DNA of 64,000 nt from Myxococcales bacterium (GCA_009692465.1 SHZD01000004.1:9239-73238), one strand, 5' to 3'. Positions 1 to 10,800 are shown, counted from the stretch's first letter. Notes: a model not told the origin generated them from the letters alone. Made by a program: numbers and translations.

Positions 1-2
1 TG

Positions 3-1865
3 GTGCAGCGCCGCGCGCAAGTGGCGCGACGGTTGGCGACCGGGACGGGAGCGGTGGCACTTTTGGTGTGCGGCCTGTTTGGGGTGGCGCACTTGGAATT
101 GGCTCTGGGTTCGCATTTCGGGCTGTCGTGGACGTTCCTCAAAGAGGGCTTCGCCAGCGGCGACGGCAACGACGCGATCGCCCATGCCCGCGCCGATGAG
201 GTCTTGCGAGGGTCGGTGGCCCCAGCGATCTTTGGCCTTGCCTTGCTGGCCCAGCGCTGGCCCGCGACCCGCTTGCATCTGCGTCGTCTGGCGGTTGTCG
301 CCCTCGTTGTGGGTGTGTTCGGCAGTCTGGCAGCCCAGTGGCGCCGACCGCTGGCCTTGCCTGACGCCGTGCCAGCGTGCGCTAACATCGCTCCGCTGTG
401 GTATTTGGGCTCCACAATTGTCGACAGCTTGTCAGCGACCAAATCTGCGACGGCGGCCCCACGGTCCACTGTGGTCCAAGTGCATTCGCCGCGCGCCCGC
501 AGTGCCGCTACTGCTGACGGGGGGCCACCGGTCGAGGCCGCCGAAGAGGAAGAACCGGTCTCTGTTGCAGCGACGGCTAGCCAGACCACCGACGGCATGC
601 GCCTGCGTGGCGCCGATTTTGTGAACCCGACGGCTAACCTGCACAAGTCGCTGCCCACCGCCAACGGGACCCGCTACAACATCGTATGGATCATTATGGA
701 AAGCGCCGGGTTGCGCTACGCGATGGGCAAGACCGCCCCTGCCGATAAGCCGCCAATGCCGTTCCTGTCTAAGTTGGCTGCTCAGGGCTGGCTGCTCAAG
801 CGACACCACTCGACTTCCAATTCCAGCGCAATTTCAATTGTTTCCATGCTGTCGGGCCTGTATCCCAGCCCGTCGCATTATGCCTTTGCCACCCGCCGCG
901 AGCTGGCCCTGCCGTCGTTGGCGACGCTCATTGGCGCCGACTATTCGGCGTTCTTTGTGACCCCGGGCAAGCTTAACTACTACTTTCCCCATGGTTTTTT
1001 GAAGAATTCCGGCTTTGCTGATGTCCAAGGCTACGACGAAGTTCCGGTCAAGAAAACCGCGGTGGTGCAGGGAATCGGCAAGGACGAACCGGCGACGGTG
1101 GAGCACTTTCTGCGGCGCATCGATGCCGCCAAACCACCGTTCATCGGGGTGTACTACAGCTTCATTGCCCATTGGGATTACGCCGATTATGGACCCATGT
1201 GGAAGCGCTACAACTCGTCGCGGACGATGGATCGCTACCTGAACAACCTGTGGCTGTTGGACAATCTGATTGAACGGATCGTTGCCCACCTCAAGGCCAG
1301 CGGTCGGGGCAGCGATACGTTGGTGGTGTTGTGCGGCGATCACGGCGAGGCCTTTGGTCAACACGAAGGCAATTGGTCACATCCCTTTGCAATCTATGAA
1401 GAAAATCTGGAAACGCCGGCGGTCTTGTGGCAACCTAACCTGTTGACCCCGCGGGTCGACGAACGTCTGACCGCCCACATCGATCTGGTGCCGACGGTTT
1501 TGGACGCGGTGGGCGCGCCGTGGCCGCGACAGCTGCTGCAAGGTGAATCGCTGTTTCAGGCCGAATTCGAGCGCAAGTACCTGTTTGGATTTGGCAAAGA
1601 TGGCGCCGTGTTTGCGATTGACCCGCTGGGACCCAAGATTGCCCTGCCCCGCGAAGGTGCTTGTGCAGCCTACGATTTAGTCCACGACCCCAGCGAACGC
1701 CGGCGCCTAGACTGCAACCGCTACGCGCCGATGCTGGCGGCGCTGAAGAAATGGAAAACCTGGCAACGCACCGCGATTGCCGCGCACAGCAAAGCAACCG
1801 TGACCAATCCGGCTGGCGGATCATCGGCGGGCGGCAAGGCGGCCGCCACGCAGCCGAACCGGTGA
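3..1865 (+). CDS. Sulfatase / LTA-synthase-like membrane protein (alkaline phosphatase superfamily), 5'-partial at window edge
   Basis: N-terminal hydrophobic segments followed by a sulfatase-type domain (YNIVWIIMESAG...; VVLCGDHGEAFGQHEGNWSH metal-binding region). The ORF runs from the window edge. Confidence 0.65.
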   Translation: MQRRAQVARRLATGTGAVALLVCGLFGVAHLELALGSHFGLSWTFLKEGFASGDGNDAIAHARADEVLRGSVAPAIFGLALLAQRWPATRLHLRRLAVVALVVGVFGSLAAQWRRPLALPDAVPACANIAPLWYLGSTIVDSLSATKSATAAPRSTVVQVHSPRARSAATADGGPPVEAAEEEEPVSVAATASQTTDGMRLRGADFVNPTANLHKSLPTANGTRYNIVWIIMESAGLRYAMGKTAPADKPPMPFLSKLAAQGWLLKRHHSTSNSSAISIVSMLSGLYPSPSHYAFATRRELALPSLATLIGADYSAFFVTPGKLNYYFPHGFLKNSGFADVQGYDEVPVKKTAVVQGIGKDEPATVEHFLRRIDAAKPPFIGVYYSFIAHWDYADYGPMWKRYNSSRTMDRYLNNLWLLDNLIERIVAHLKASGRGSDTLVVLCGDHGEAFGQHEGNWSHPFAIYEENLETPAVLWQPNLLTPRVDERLTAHIDLVPTVLDAVGAPWPRQLLQGESLFQAEFERKYLFGFGKDGAVFAIDPLGPKIALPREGACAAYDLVHDPSERRRLDCNRYAPMLAALKKWKTWQRTAIAAHSKATVTNPAGGSSAGGKAAATQPNR

Positions 1866-1905
1866 CACAGGTCCCGCTACTTGGCGACAAACTGCAAACG
1901 CTGGT

Positions 1906-4467
1906 ATGGTCCCAACCTACCGCACCGTTTGCGGCCGCCGCGCCATGAGCCAGATCCTGCTTGCCCAAGCCGCCGGGAATGACGCCGCCATTGCCTCGGG
2001 CTTGCGCGGCCTCAACATTCCGGCCAATTGCAAAAACTACATCATCGCCGCCGGCGAGCCGCATACCATTGACGGCGCCAACATCATCACATTCAAGGAT
2101 GATCCGTCGTGGGACTTTGAGCGCCTCAATGGCCCCGAAGGCAATTTGGTCGACGGTCGCCGCATCCCCGGCAAAGTCGATATCGTCAAAACTGTGGCTG
2201 AGGCCCAAGACGTGGTCAAGGGCGTGCTCATCCACGCCGACATTACCCCCGACGCGCGCATGTGCTTCAACGTGCTCAAAAGCCGAACGTTATCAACACA
2301 TTTCATGATCGACTGGAACGGCGTCATCTACCAGGGCACCGACGCAATTCGGGAAGCTGCGCACGGTGGCGGCAAAGAAAACACCCTCAAAGACGCCAAC
2401 CACTGGACGATTGGCATCGACATGAATTGCATGCTGGTCAAGATGACCGGCGACGGCAAACCGTCGGGATCTCAAGGCGATCGCCGCGTATTTGAAGCCA
2501 CCATCAACGGCGAACCGTGGCGTTCGATCGGCTACACCGACGCCCAATACGATGCTCTGGTCAAATTACTGCGCGGACTCAAGCAGTTGTTCTCCAAGAT
2601 TGTGCTGATGCCGCCGATTGGTCCCGACAAGCAAGTTTTGATGGAGCAAACTGAAATTGACCTCGAAAAATGTGGAATTTTCGGGCACTTTCACCTCAAC
2701 GCCCAAAAGATCGACCCGGGGCCGGGCTTTGAGTGGACCCGACTGATCGCCGATCTCAACCGGCAAGCCAACTCGTTCCCGGTGATCTTGGAGCGGGCAA
2801 AAGACGGAAAGCCTAAAAATATCGATACGGTGTACGCCGAATCGGAAGTGCGCAAGCTGGCCGAAGCCTATTTTCGCAACATCGAGGATCCCAACGATGG
2901 CGCGATCGGCGGGACCTTTCCGATCGGTTCCAATGGTCAATGGCACGGCGGCATTCACTTGCACTTGCCCGCTGGGTCGCCCGTCATGGCGATGTTTGCC
3001 GGTCGGGTAGTCGCCGCCAAGTCCAGTATGCCCGGCGAGCCCGAACCGGCCTTTGGCAGCAACAATTTTGTGGTCCTCAAGCATGAAATTGCGGTGGATG
3101 ACACCGATCCGGCCAGTCGCAAATTTCGGTTTTGGTCGCTGTACATGCACCTGCTGCCGTTTGATAGCAGTGTCGACCACACCGAGGCGATGGCCCAGCT
3201 CAAGAACGAAAAACTCGACGAAGACGAGCGCAACCGCATTGCGCCTGATTGGGTGCACCAGCTGCGCAATAAGCTGGCGGGCAAAAAAGCCGAGGAAGAA
3301 GCAGCCGAGCTAGCCGCCGCCGCCGAGGAGTTCAAGAAGGCCGAAAAGGAAGCGCAAAAGGCCATCAAAGAGGCGCAAAAGGCCGAAAAACAGGCGGCCA
3401 AGGGCAAGGCCAAGGGCAAGGCTGGCGACAAGGACGGCAAGAAGAAGAAAAAGAAGACCGACGGTGACGATGAGGACGGCGAGCAAGTCAAAGACGACGA
3501 TGAGATGCTTTTCCTTGAAACCGGCAAGAATCTCGACGCCCTACAAGACGGCCGCCTCGCGCTTATCGAGGAAAAATACCCCGTGGACGTCAAAGTCGGC
3601 GAGCGCATCGGTCGGGTCGGCCAGTTTGGCGATTCGCCCGATTCACAAACGTCAGTGGTCCACATCGAAGTGTTTGCCGATGGCAATTGGAAAGAGTTTG
3701 TCGACTTGTTGGGCAGCCACGCCCAAAGTTGGTACGAATCCAACCCCGACCCCAGCGACGACGTCATGTGCGACGATGAGGAGTTGTTGCGCACCGTGTT
3801 GCCCGAAGAAAGCAGCCGCCGCGGACGCAAGATGCGCAACTTCTTGGACGCCGGCATGCGCATTTCAGGCGACCAAATTGTCGACTTTTTCAAGTCCATG
3901 CCGGCCGACAACCCGGCCGTCGACCGCATTCGCAAAGGCATTACCTTTCACATTAGCGAATGGAGCGATCAGGTCGATTGGTTCAAGTCGCTGTCCAAAG
4001 CCCAAGATTGGGCCGGGCGCAGCAAGGATATCGAAACCTTGCTCAAAGATTCTCAGCACGGTTGGAGCAACCGCCTGTTTGCCGGCCAAATTCGTCGTCA
4101 ATTGCCCTACATCTGGCTCAATCAAGAAGTCGCGATGCATATAGGCTTGGACAATGCCAAGGGCAATTGGGACGGCCATTTATTCCACTTTCATCCGATT
4201 AACTTCTTGCTATGGCTCACTTTTCGCTTTGGTACCAATAAGATGGCGCGACCGACCGCCAGCCGACTGGATGAGGCCAAGCAAAAACTGTATCGCAAGG
4301 CTCAGGAAAAAGAGGAAGCGGAACAGCGCGAAAAAGGCCAACTGGAATTTGGCCAAGACATCATGCCCGGCGCCGGCGGCGATCTGGAGCCTCCCGAGGA
4401 TGTTCTGAAGGATCTGTGGGAAGCGCCGCGTTTGCCTAATGAATGGAAATTACGGGAGACTCCCTAG
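1906..4467 (+). CDS. Multidomain peptidoglycan hydrolase: N-acetylmuramoyl-L-alanine amidase (amidase_2/PGRP-like) + M23-like peptidase domain split by a Lys/Glu-rich insert + ~300-aa C-terminal domain
   Basis: Amidase_2 signatures: GVLIHADIT...THFMIDWNGVIYQGTD and GHFHLNAQKIDPGPGFEW. M23-like signatures: WHGGIHLHLPAGSPV, FVVLKHEI...WSLYMHLLP, GERIGRVGQFGDSPDSQTSVVHIEVF. A KAEKEAQKAIKEAQKAEK...KKKKKK insertion lies between M23 motifs. No obvious signal peptide. The stop codon TAG is contributed by the family A repeat. Confidence 0.65.
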   Translation: MVPTYRTVCGRRAMSQILLAQAAGNDAAIASGLRGLNIPANCKNYIIAAGEPHTIDGANIITFKDDPSWDFERLNGPEGNLVDGRRIPGKVDIVKTVAEAQDVVKGVLIHADITPDARMCFNVLKSRTLSTHFMIDWNGVIYQGTDAIREAAHGGGKENTLKDANHWTIGIDMNCMLVKMTGDGKPSGSQGDRRVFEATINGEPWRSIGYTDAQYDALVKLLRGLKQLFSKIVLMPPIGPDKQVLMEQTEIDLEKCGIFGHFHLNAQKIDPGPGFEWTRLIADLNRQANSFPVILERAKDGKPKNIDTVYAESEVRKLAEAYFRNIEDPNDGAIGGTFPIGSNGQWHGGIHLHLPAGSPVMAMFAGRVVAAKSSMPGEPEPAFGSNNFVVLKHEIAVDDTDPASRKFRFWSLYMHLLPFDSSVDHTEAMAQLKNEKLDEDERNRIAPDWVHQLRNKLAGKKAEEEAAELAAAAEEFKKAEKEAQKAIKEAQKAEKQAAKGKAKGKAGDKDGKKKKKKTDGDDEDGEQVKDDDEMLFLETGKNLDALQDGRLALIEEKYPVDVKVGERIGRVGQFGDSPDSQTSVVHIEVFADGNWKEFVDLLGSHAQSWYESNPDPSDDVMCDDEELLRTVLPEESSRRGRKMRNFLDAGMRISGDQIVDFFKSMPADNPAVDRIRKGITFHISEWSDQVDWFKSLSKAQDWAGRSKDIETLLKDSQHGWSNRLFAGQIRRQLPYIWLNQEVAMHIGLDNAKGNWDGHLFHFHPINFLLWLTFRFGTNKMARPTASRLDEAKQKLYRKAQEKEEAEQREKGQLEFGQDIMPGAGGDLEPPEDVLKDLWEAPRLPNEWKLRETP

Positions 4468-4672
4468 GAGCGTGTCGGAGTATTCCGACTCGCTCCTAGC
4501 GCCGTCTGGCTAGACGGCGGCAACTGTCCGAAACTGCACAGATTCACTCCGGGCAGTTCCCGGACAGTTGAGAATAGTTGACTGGCTAGGAGCCTGTCGG
4601 ATCGTAATAGATTCATTGTGTATAACCTGTTAGACATTTCACAACCGGTTGATTTCCGACAGGCTCCTAGAA
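4464..4672. mobile_element. Family A MITE/REP-like element, copy 1 (~207 bp, terminal ctaggagc...gctcctag hairpins)
   Basis: Near-identical copies are at 23393-23602 (reverse complement) and 42506-42712. Internal nested inverted repeats: ctaggagcgtgtcggagtattccgactcgctcctag; cgccgtctggctagacggcg; ctaggagcctgtcgga...tccgacaggctcctag. Confidence 0.8.
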
Positions 4673-4727
4673 CGGGCAGACCGGCACGGCCGGGGCTGCA
4701 TCATCTCTGCCGAGAATAGAGGTCCAG

Positions 4728-5237
4728 GTGAGCGCATCGATAGAACGGCCGGACCGCGTTGCCTTTTACCCGGGATCCTTTGACCCGATGACCATCGGCC
4801 ACGTCAACATGGTCGAGCGAACGCTGCGCGTTTTTGACCGCATCATCGTGGCCCTGGCGCAAAATGTGAACAAGAAAGCGATGTTCACCATTGAAGAACG
4901 CAAAGCGCTCATCGAAACCGTGTTTGCTGGCGAACAGCGGCTGCGGGTCATCACCTTTGAGGGTCTGATGGTTGAAGCCGCTCGCCGCCACGGTGCGGCT
5001 GCGGTAGTGCGCGGTCTGCGCGGCGTCGCCGATTTTGAGTACGAGTTTCAGTTGGCAACGATGAATAACTTGCTGCTGCCTCAACTAGAAACGGTGTTTC
5101 TGATGACAGAAAAGTCGCACTTTTTCGTGTCGTCGAATTTGGTGCGGGAAGTGGCCAGCTTGGGCGGCGACGTGACCGCCTTGGTGCCACCGGCCGTGCA
5201 CTTGGCGCTCAAGCACAAGCTAGCCTTGAATGCCTAG
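4728..5237 (+). CDS. coaD: Phosphopantetheine adenylyltransferase
   Basis: VAFYPGSFDPMTIGHVNMVERT... is the canonical CoaD nucleotidyltransferase motif (GSFDPxTxGH). Length is 169 aa. Confidence 0.9.
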   Translation: MSASIERPDRVAFYPGSFDPMTIGHVNMVERTLRVFDRIIVALAQNVNKKAMFTIEERKALIETVFAGEQRLRVITFEGLMVEAARRHGAAAVVRGLRGVADFEYEFQLATMNNLLLPQLETVFLMTEKSHFFVSSNLVREVASLGGDVTALVPPAVHLALKHKLALNA

Positions 5238-5314
5238 CTGGCTACGCTTGTAGTTGCGGGCAGTTGGCTGGACGCTGAAGTCAGGGCTGCATTTGCCGGG
5301 GACACCTGAGTCTG

Positions 5315-5460
5315 TGCCGGGACAACTGAATCTGTGCCCCGAACAACCGAGTCTGTGCCCCGAACAACCGAGTCTGTGCCCCGAACAACCGAGTCTGTGC
5401 CCCGAACAACCGAGTCTGTGCCCCGAACAACCGAGTCTGTGCCCCGGACAACCGCGTCTG
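5315..5460. repeat. 21-bp tandem minisatellite (ccgaacaaccgagtctgtgcc x ~6) in the convergent intergenic region
   Basis: Direct visual tandem repetition between the coaD stop and the stop of the small minus-strand gene. Confidence 0.85.
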
Positions 5461-5503
5461 TGCCCGGGACTACTGAGTTCCTGGCCGGACTCTGGTCCAC
5501 CGC

Positions 5504-5790
5504 TCAAAACGGCCGTTTCTGCGCGCCTTTGACAATGCGGTCGACAAAGTTCTGTCGAAAATCCAGCGGTGTGTACTTGACTTCGCTGCGGGCCAAAACG
5601 TAAAACACGCTCGGCTTAAAGATGCGGCCCTCGATGTTTTGCAAGTCGAGTTCCTGCACACCTTTGTCAGCGTCGTTGACACGAATATTGCCGGAACCTT
5701 TGCCTTTTACCTTGCTTTCCCGTTCGGCGCTCGCGGTGCTGACAAGCAGCAAAGACGCTAAAACCGTAACAGCGCCAATGAGTTTGCGCA
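5504..5790 (-). CDS. Small secreted protein (95 aa), last gene of the TPR operon
   Basis: Internal start MRKLIGAVTVLASLLLVSTASA (signal peptide) preceded by gggagg SD. The longer ORF listed to 6307 is antisense to the Pro-rich part of the neighbouring gene. Confidence 0.5.
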
Positions 5791-5825
5791 TAGTAGCCTC
5801 CCTGTGAGTTGACACCGCTGCGTGA

Positions 5826-7868
5826 TTACGGCGGCGGTGGTGGTGGCGGCGGTTCTTCAGGCTTGGTTCCGCCGTCACCGGGCGGGGACGCTGGTGGCGG
5901 TGGTGGCTCCTCTTTCTTGTCCTCTTTCTTTTCACCGTCTTCTGGTTTCGGCGGGTCCGCTGCTGGCGGCGTGCCACCATCAGCAGGTGGTGACGGCGAC
6001 GGAGCGGGCGCTGCGCCACCTTCTGGCGGTGGGGTTGGCGGTGCACCGCCTTCAGGAGGTGGTGCCGGCGGCGTGCCGCCTTCAGGAGGTGGTGCCGGCG
6101 GCGTGCCGCCTTCAGGAGCAGGAGAGGGCGACGGTGTGGGCGCTGGCTCTGGGGGCTTCTTAGCCGCCTCTTCTTCGGCCTTTTTGCGCGCAGCTTCTTC
6201 TTCCTCGGCCTTCTTCTTGGCGTCTTCGGCTTCCTTGAGCTTCTTGTCGGCGTCTTTCTTGATCTTGTCTTCGTCCGCTTCTTTGGTGGCCTTTTCGGCA
6301 TTGACACGCTTGGTTTGCTCTTGCTTGAGGAAGAGTTCTGCGTCGCTCAGGTATTTCTTAAACGCCTCCAGTTCCTTGCCTTCCAGCGCCGCGCCGCGCA
6401 TCTCTTTGTAAGCACTGAAATACTCGATCGATTTCTGGAAGCGCGCTTCGTCCGTCGCCATGTCGGCAGTCTTATTTTCGAGGTACAAAAGCGCCAAGTT
6501 AAACTGGATCTCCGCCCTCTTTGGATCTTGAGCCATCGCCGAGTCGTACGCGACTTTAGCCTTGTTGGCGCGATCCGGATCCTTGCTCACCCGCCAAGCG
6601 CTGCCCAAATTGATGCGCGCTTCCAAGAATTTGGGCTCGTTTTCCAAGGCCTTGTTGACCGCTTCGACCGCCTCTTCCCCCTTGCGGGCTACGATCCAGC
6701 AAATCCCCAAGTTATTCCACGCTTCTGCATAATCGGCGCGGTAGCCGACTGCCTTTTTGAAGTGCTCACGCGCGGACTCCCAATCCTCGTCGCGCATCGA
6801 AAACCGACCGTACAGGTAGAAAATGTGGGCCAAACCCGACTCGCGGGACAACGCTTCGGCTCCGGTGCCGCGCCAAGAGCCACCACCTTGGGCAATTCGC
6901 ACTTCGTATTGCTTCTTGACCACAACGTCCGCGGGCGCGTCTTTGGCCTTTTCAGCCTCGTCGATATACACAGAATAGGCCCGTGTTAACGCCAATTTAG
7001 CCAAACCATCGCGCCCCAGCCCCAAATAGGCTTCGGCCAAGTACCGCATCACCTCTGGATTACTCTGATCGTGGCGCAGGGCCTCGATGCACGTCTTCAC
7101 CGCGGCCTCATGATCGCCGACAGCAACCTGCGCTCGGGCCTTGGCGCCGAGCAACATGACGTCATCGCTGCGCTTGGCTAGGGCCTCGGTCACGACTTGC
7201 AACGCCAGCGCGTGCTCATGTTTGCGCAGGTGCAGGGTGCTCAGCAGCACCACCGCTCTAGTGAAAGTGTCGTTTAGGCCGACCGCCTGCTTGGCCGAGG
7301 CAATGGCGTCATCCTCCTGGCCCATGCGGAACTGGCAGATCGCCAAATTATACCATGAAGTCGCCGACTTCGGATCCTGTTTCGTCGCATTGAGCAAGCG
7401 TTGTTGGGCATCGTGCAGGTTATTCTCGTGCAACAGGCCAATGCCTTCAGCCAACATCGTCTCGCCAGCCGAAGTCGAAAATTTGACATCCGGCGCGCGG
7501 ATATCGGCCACCACTGCGCCATCTTTGGCGGCTGCTTTGCCGTCTGTAGGCGAAACGGCATCCGCTGGCGCTGCCGGGTCGGGCTTGACCTCGGCCGGTT
7601 TGGCATCACCTGCTGGGGCGTCCTTGGGAGCATCCACGGGCGGTGGGGTCTCAGCCGCAGGCGCAGTGGGTGGCTTGTCGGCGGGTGCATCTTTGGCAGC
7701 GTCGGCTGGTTTGGCTTGCGGCGGCTTGTCGTCGGCGACGGGCGCGCCACCGCAAGCTGCCGCCATGGGTGCCAGTAGCAGCGTAGCGAATACGCGCAAA
7801 GCGGCACTGCTCAACTTATTTGGAGCTGGCGACAACGTCTTGCGGGCGAGATCGAAAGAACTGAACAT
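5826..7868 (-). CDS. Secreted TPR-repeat protein with Pro/Ala-rich N-terminal region and K/E/P-rich C-terminal tail (PPEGGTPPAP repeats, poly-Pro end)
   Basis: Signal peptide (LLLAPMAAACGG), multiple TPR-like helices (WYNLAICQFRMGQ..., AWNNLGICW...). 30-bp coding repeats at ~6020-6120. Start overlaps the stop of the upstream gene. Confidence 0.7.
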   Translation of the reverse strand: MFSSFDLARKTLSPAPNKLSSAALRVFATLLLAPMAAACGGAPVADDKPPQAKPADAAKDAPADKPPTAPAAETPPPVDAPKDAPAGDAKPAEVKPDPAAPADAVSPTDGKAAAKDGAVVADIRAPDVKFSTSAGETMLAEGIGLLHENNLHDAQQRLLNATKQDPKSATSWYNLAICQFRMGQEDDAIASAKQAVGLNDTFTRAVVLLSTLHLRKHEHALALQVVTEALAKRSDDVMLLGAKARAQVAVGDHEAAVKTCIEALRHDQSNPEVMRYLAEAYLGLGRDGLAKLALTRAYSVYIDEAEKAKDAPADVVVKKQYEVRIAQGGGSWRGTGAEALSRESGLAHIFYLYGRFSMRDEDWESAREHFKKAVGYRADYAEAWNNLGICWIVARKGEEAVEAVNKALENEPKFLEARINLGSAWRVSKDPDRANKAKVAYDSAMAQDPKRAEIQFNLALLYLENKTADMATDEARFQKSIEYFSAYKEMRGAALEGKELEAFKKYLSDAELFLKQEQTKRVNAEKATKEADEDKIKKDADKKLKEAEDAKKKAEEEEAARKKAEEEAAKKPPEPAPTPSPSPAPEGGTPPAPPPEGGTPPAPPPEGGAPPTPPPEGGAAPAPSPSPPADGGTPPAADPPKPEDGEKKEDKKEEPPPPPASPPGDGGTKPEEPPPPPPPP

Positions 7869-10800
7869 TAGCGCAGCTCCTTTTCGACCTGGGGCAGGGT
7901 CCCAATGGGCGAAGCAAACGCCCGCTTCTCATCGCGCAACAGCGGGTATTCCTTGGGCCGATACTTGTTCATCTCGGACCGCAGTTCCGTCACCCACTGA
8001 TTGACGACGCCTTTGCCTTCAGCGTCATTGAGCGCCAGTTTAAGCGATTGAATCGCACGGTTTTCAAACACGGCTCCCAGTTTCTCCAAGAACTCCTCGT
8101 ACACCGTCACTTCGTCTTCGCTCAAGTCCGCCGGTCGGGGCGCGTCGTAGATTTGGCGCGCAAAATACTTGAGCAACCTTGCCCGATACAAAAAGGCGGC
8201 GTACGACCAGTTCTGTGAACCATAGTTGGATACGGCGGACAAATACTCATCGTACAAACCATTTTTCGTCACGTCGGCGACGCACACCGAATCGCGACAC
8301 AGCTTGTTGCCCAGCGGACAGTCGCCGCACCGAGCCGCGGCTTGCGAGCCATCTGGGGCTTTGAACTTGATTTCGGGGCCTAGCAGCACCTCCATCATCT
8401 TCTTGACCTGATTTTGCAGGTCGGGCATGCGTTTGGCCTTGGGCAGCTTGGCATTTTCCACCAGCTTGGTGGTCATGAAATCGTCAAACCGCGGCCGCAG
8501 CAGCTGGAAGGTCGACTGAGCCGCCGCCGAAGCTTCTGGTCCACCATTTTTCTCGTAGCCACCCTTGATGAAGGCCTCAATGATGCGCGCGTACATCTTA
8601 TTGGCCGCGGCCTTGTCCCCTTTAGTTTCGTGAATTTCAGCAATAATACCATAGGCCTTGAACACTTTGCCCGAAGACGGTTTGTCCGTCTGGTACCGGG
8701 CGATAAACGCTTCCAACGTCTCAATTTGCTTAGGTATACTCGCCCGCGACTTCTCAATGATGTACAATTGCCACACAGCGTCCTTGACCACCAGCTGTTT
8801 GGCCTGTTCGGGCGACTTCTCAAAGCGGGCAATCACTTCCTTATTGAGTTGAATCGCTTTTTCCCAGTTCGAGTTAAAGAACGCCATCTGGGCTGCGGTC
8901 TTGAGGTAGTAGTCGGCCTTCTTGCCGTTGATGTCGTTTTGGTACAGCAACACGAAATCGCTAATCGCCTCTTCGATTTTGAAGAAATCAAAGTTCAGAT
9001 TAGCCCGGATTTCGAGGACTTCCTGCAATGCGTCCGTTCGTTCTTTCTTTTCGCCGGTGTCAGTAGGCGACCATTCGCGCAGCATCTGCTCGGCCTCTTT
9101 GAGGGTATCGACACATTTGTCCCACAATTCGGCACGATGATAGGCACGCACCGAGTTGAGCAGCACCACCCGGGAGGTCTTGATGCGCTCAGCTTCCTTC
9201 ATCTTTTCAACGCCCATCACTTCCTGACGGACTTTGCGAAAATCGTCGGCCGCCAAGGTATACCGCTTGCGAGCTACGGCCAGCAGCTTGCCCGCATCAT
9301 CGGGATTAGGCATACCCGCGGCAGACTTTTCATCGGCCTCAGCCGCTTTGAAGTTGGCAAACGCCCGATCTGACAAAGCGCCGAATTTAATAAACTTAAC
9401 CGTACGATCGATGACGGTTTTGTCCTCTTTGGGTACTTGATCGCCAAACTTTTCGGTCACCGCGGTCAAGGCGTCGATGTCGTTTTCCAGCCAGTAGCCG
9501 GTCAGCAAGTTCTTGACGGCCTCTGACGCCTGCTTGGAACCGCGAAACCGATTCAAGATGGCCTCAAATCGCTTGCGAGCGGACCAGAATTCGGCCGAAG
9601 TGCGCGGGGTCGCGCCTTCCTTCCACGGGTCGAAATGGCGATTCTTATACAAGAGTTCTGCGGCCTTAAGCGCCAGCTTCGGGGCTCGTTCTGGATCCTC
9701 TTTGCTCAAGAATTTATCGGCGTTGGCAACGTAGCCATCGGCGGCCAAAATCCACTCGACTGCCAGTGGATCGATCGGCACGCGGGTGACGCGTTTGATG
9801 TCCTTTTCGTTTTCGTTGGCCTTTATCGTTTCTTGGTCCTTGGCATTGGACGGCCGGATTTCGGGCAGGGACAAGGTGCCCACGCGCTCAGGGTCAGCCT
9901 TGTCGTAGGCCGCCCGCGCTGCGAGCACCTGCTCCGCGGCACCTACAGCGGAAAAGGCAGCTTCCTCTGTCTTTTCCATGGGCTTTCCGGTCTCTTCGTC
10001 TTTGGTGTGTGACCCTTTCCAATCGCGGACCATGTTGTAATAGGCGATCGAGTTTTGCATGGCCTCGCAGGCTTTCTTGATGACCGGTTGCTTTTCGGCT
10101 GGCCACGGCACGACTTCTTCGTCGACCATAATCAAGTTGCGATCCTTGTCGCGCGGGGCATTGCATTGAACACCGGCAAAATACCAAATTTCCGCCAATG
10201 TCCACGCCAACTTATACGCGTCCGGCGCGTCGCGATCGGAGTTGAGCAGATCCTCGTATGCCGAAGCGGCCTCGGCGTATTTGGCGATCGCTTCGTCGAT
10301 CTTGCCTTCGCCCTTGAGCCTTTGGGCCTCAGCATGGCTTAACATCGCAAATTCGCGGCGAATTCGGGACGTTTGGTCGTCAACTTGGGCCGACAGGTCC
10401 TTGTCGCTGCCGTACTTCTTGTACCACTCGGAACCTTTGCCGAATTGCTTCATGTAGCGCTGGCGCTCCACTATCTGGCGCGCTTTGGCCTCGTTGGCCA
10501 TATCCAAGCCGATTTGGGCATCGCGACCGCCCTTGCCGGTTTTGATCTCGGCTTCGAACGACGCCGCAAAACTGGCCAAAATGTCGACCGACGAGATGAT
10601 TTTGCGCTGCAGATCCTGCGCTTCGCGGACCATTGGGTAGTTGTCGATGACGTAACCCATCACCCGAATCGCCTGCCAGTAATAGTCATCTTCACGTTGA
10701 TTGAAGAGCGTCAGGCCATAGGTCAGTAAGATATCAAACACATAAGGCTTTCCATTGATCAGACTGGCGCGCACGTCGTTACGGGCCTGAAAGTTTTTTT

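Noticed and set aside
5791-6307. Highly basic 267-aa ORF (KRPPKKRTKTRSRK...) on the minus strand
   Set aside because: It is the antisense reading of the Pro-rich/poly-Gly coding repeats of the TPR gene. Only the last 95 codons (signal-peptide protein with SD) look genuine.
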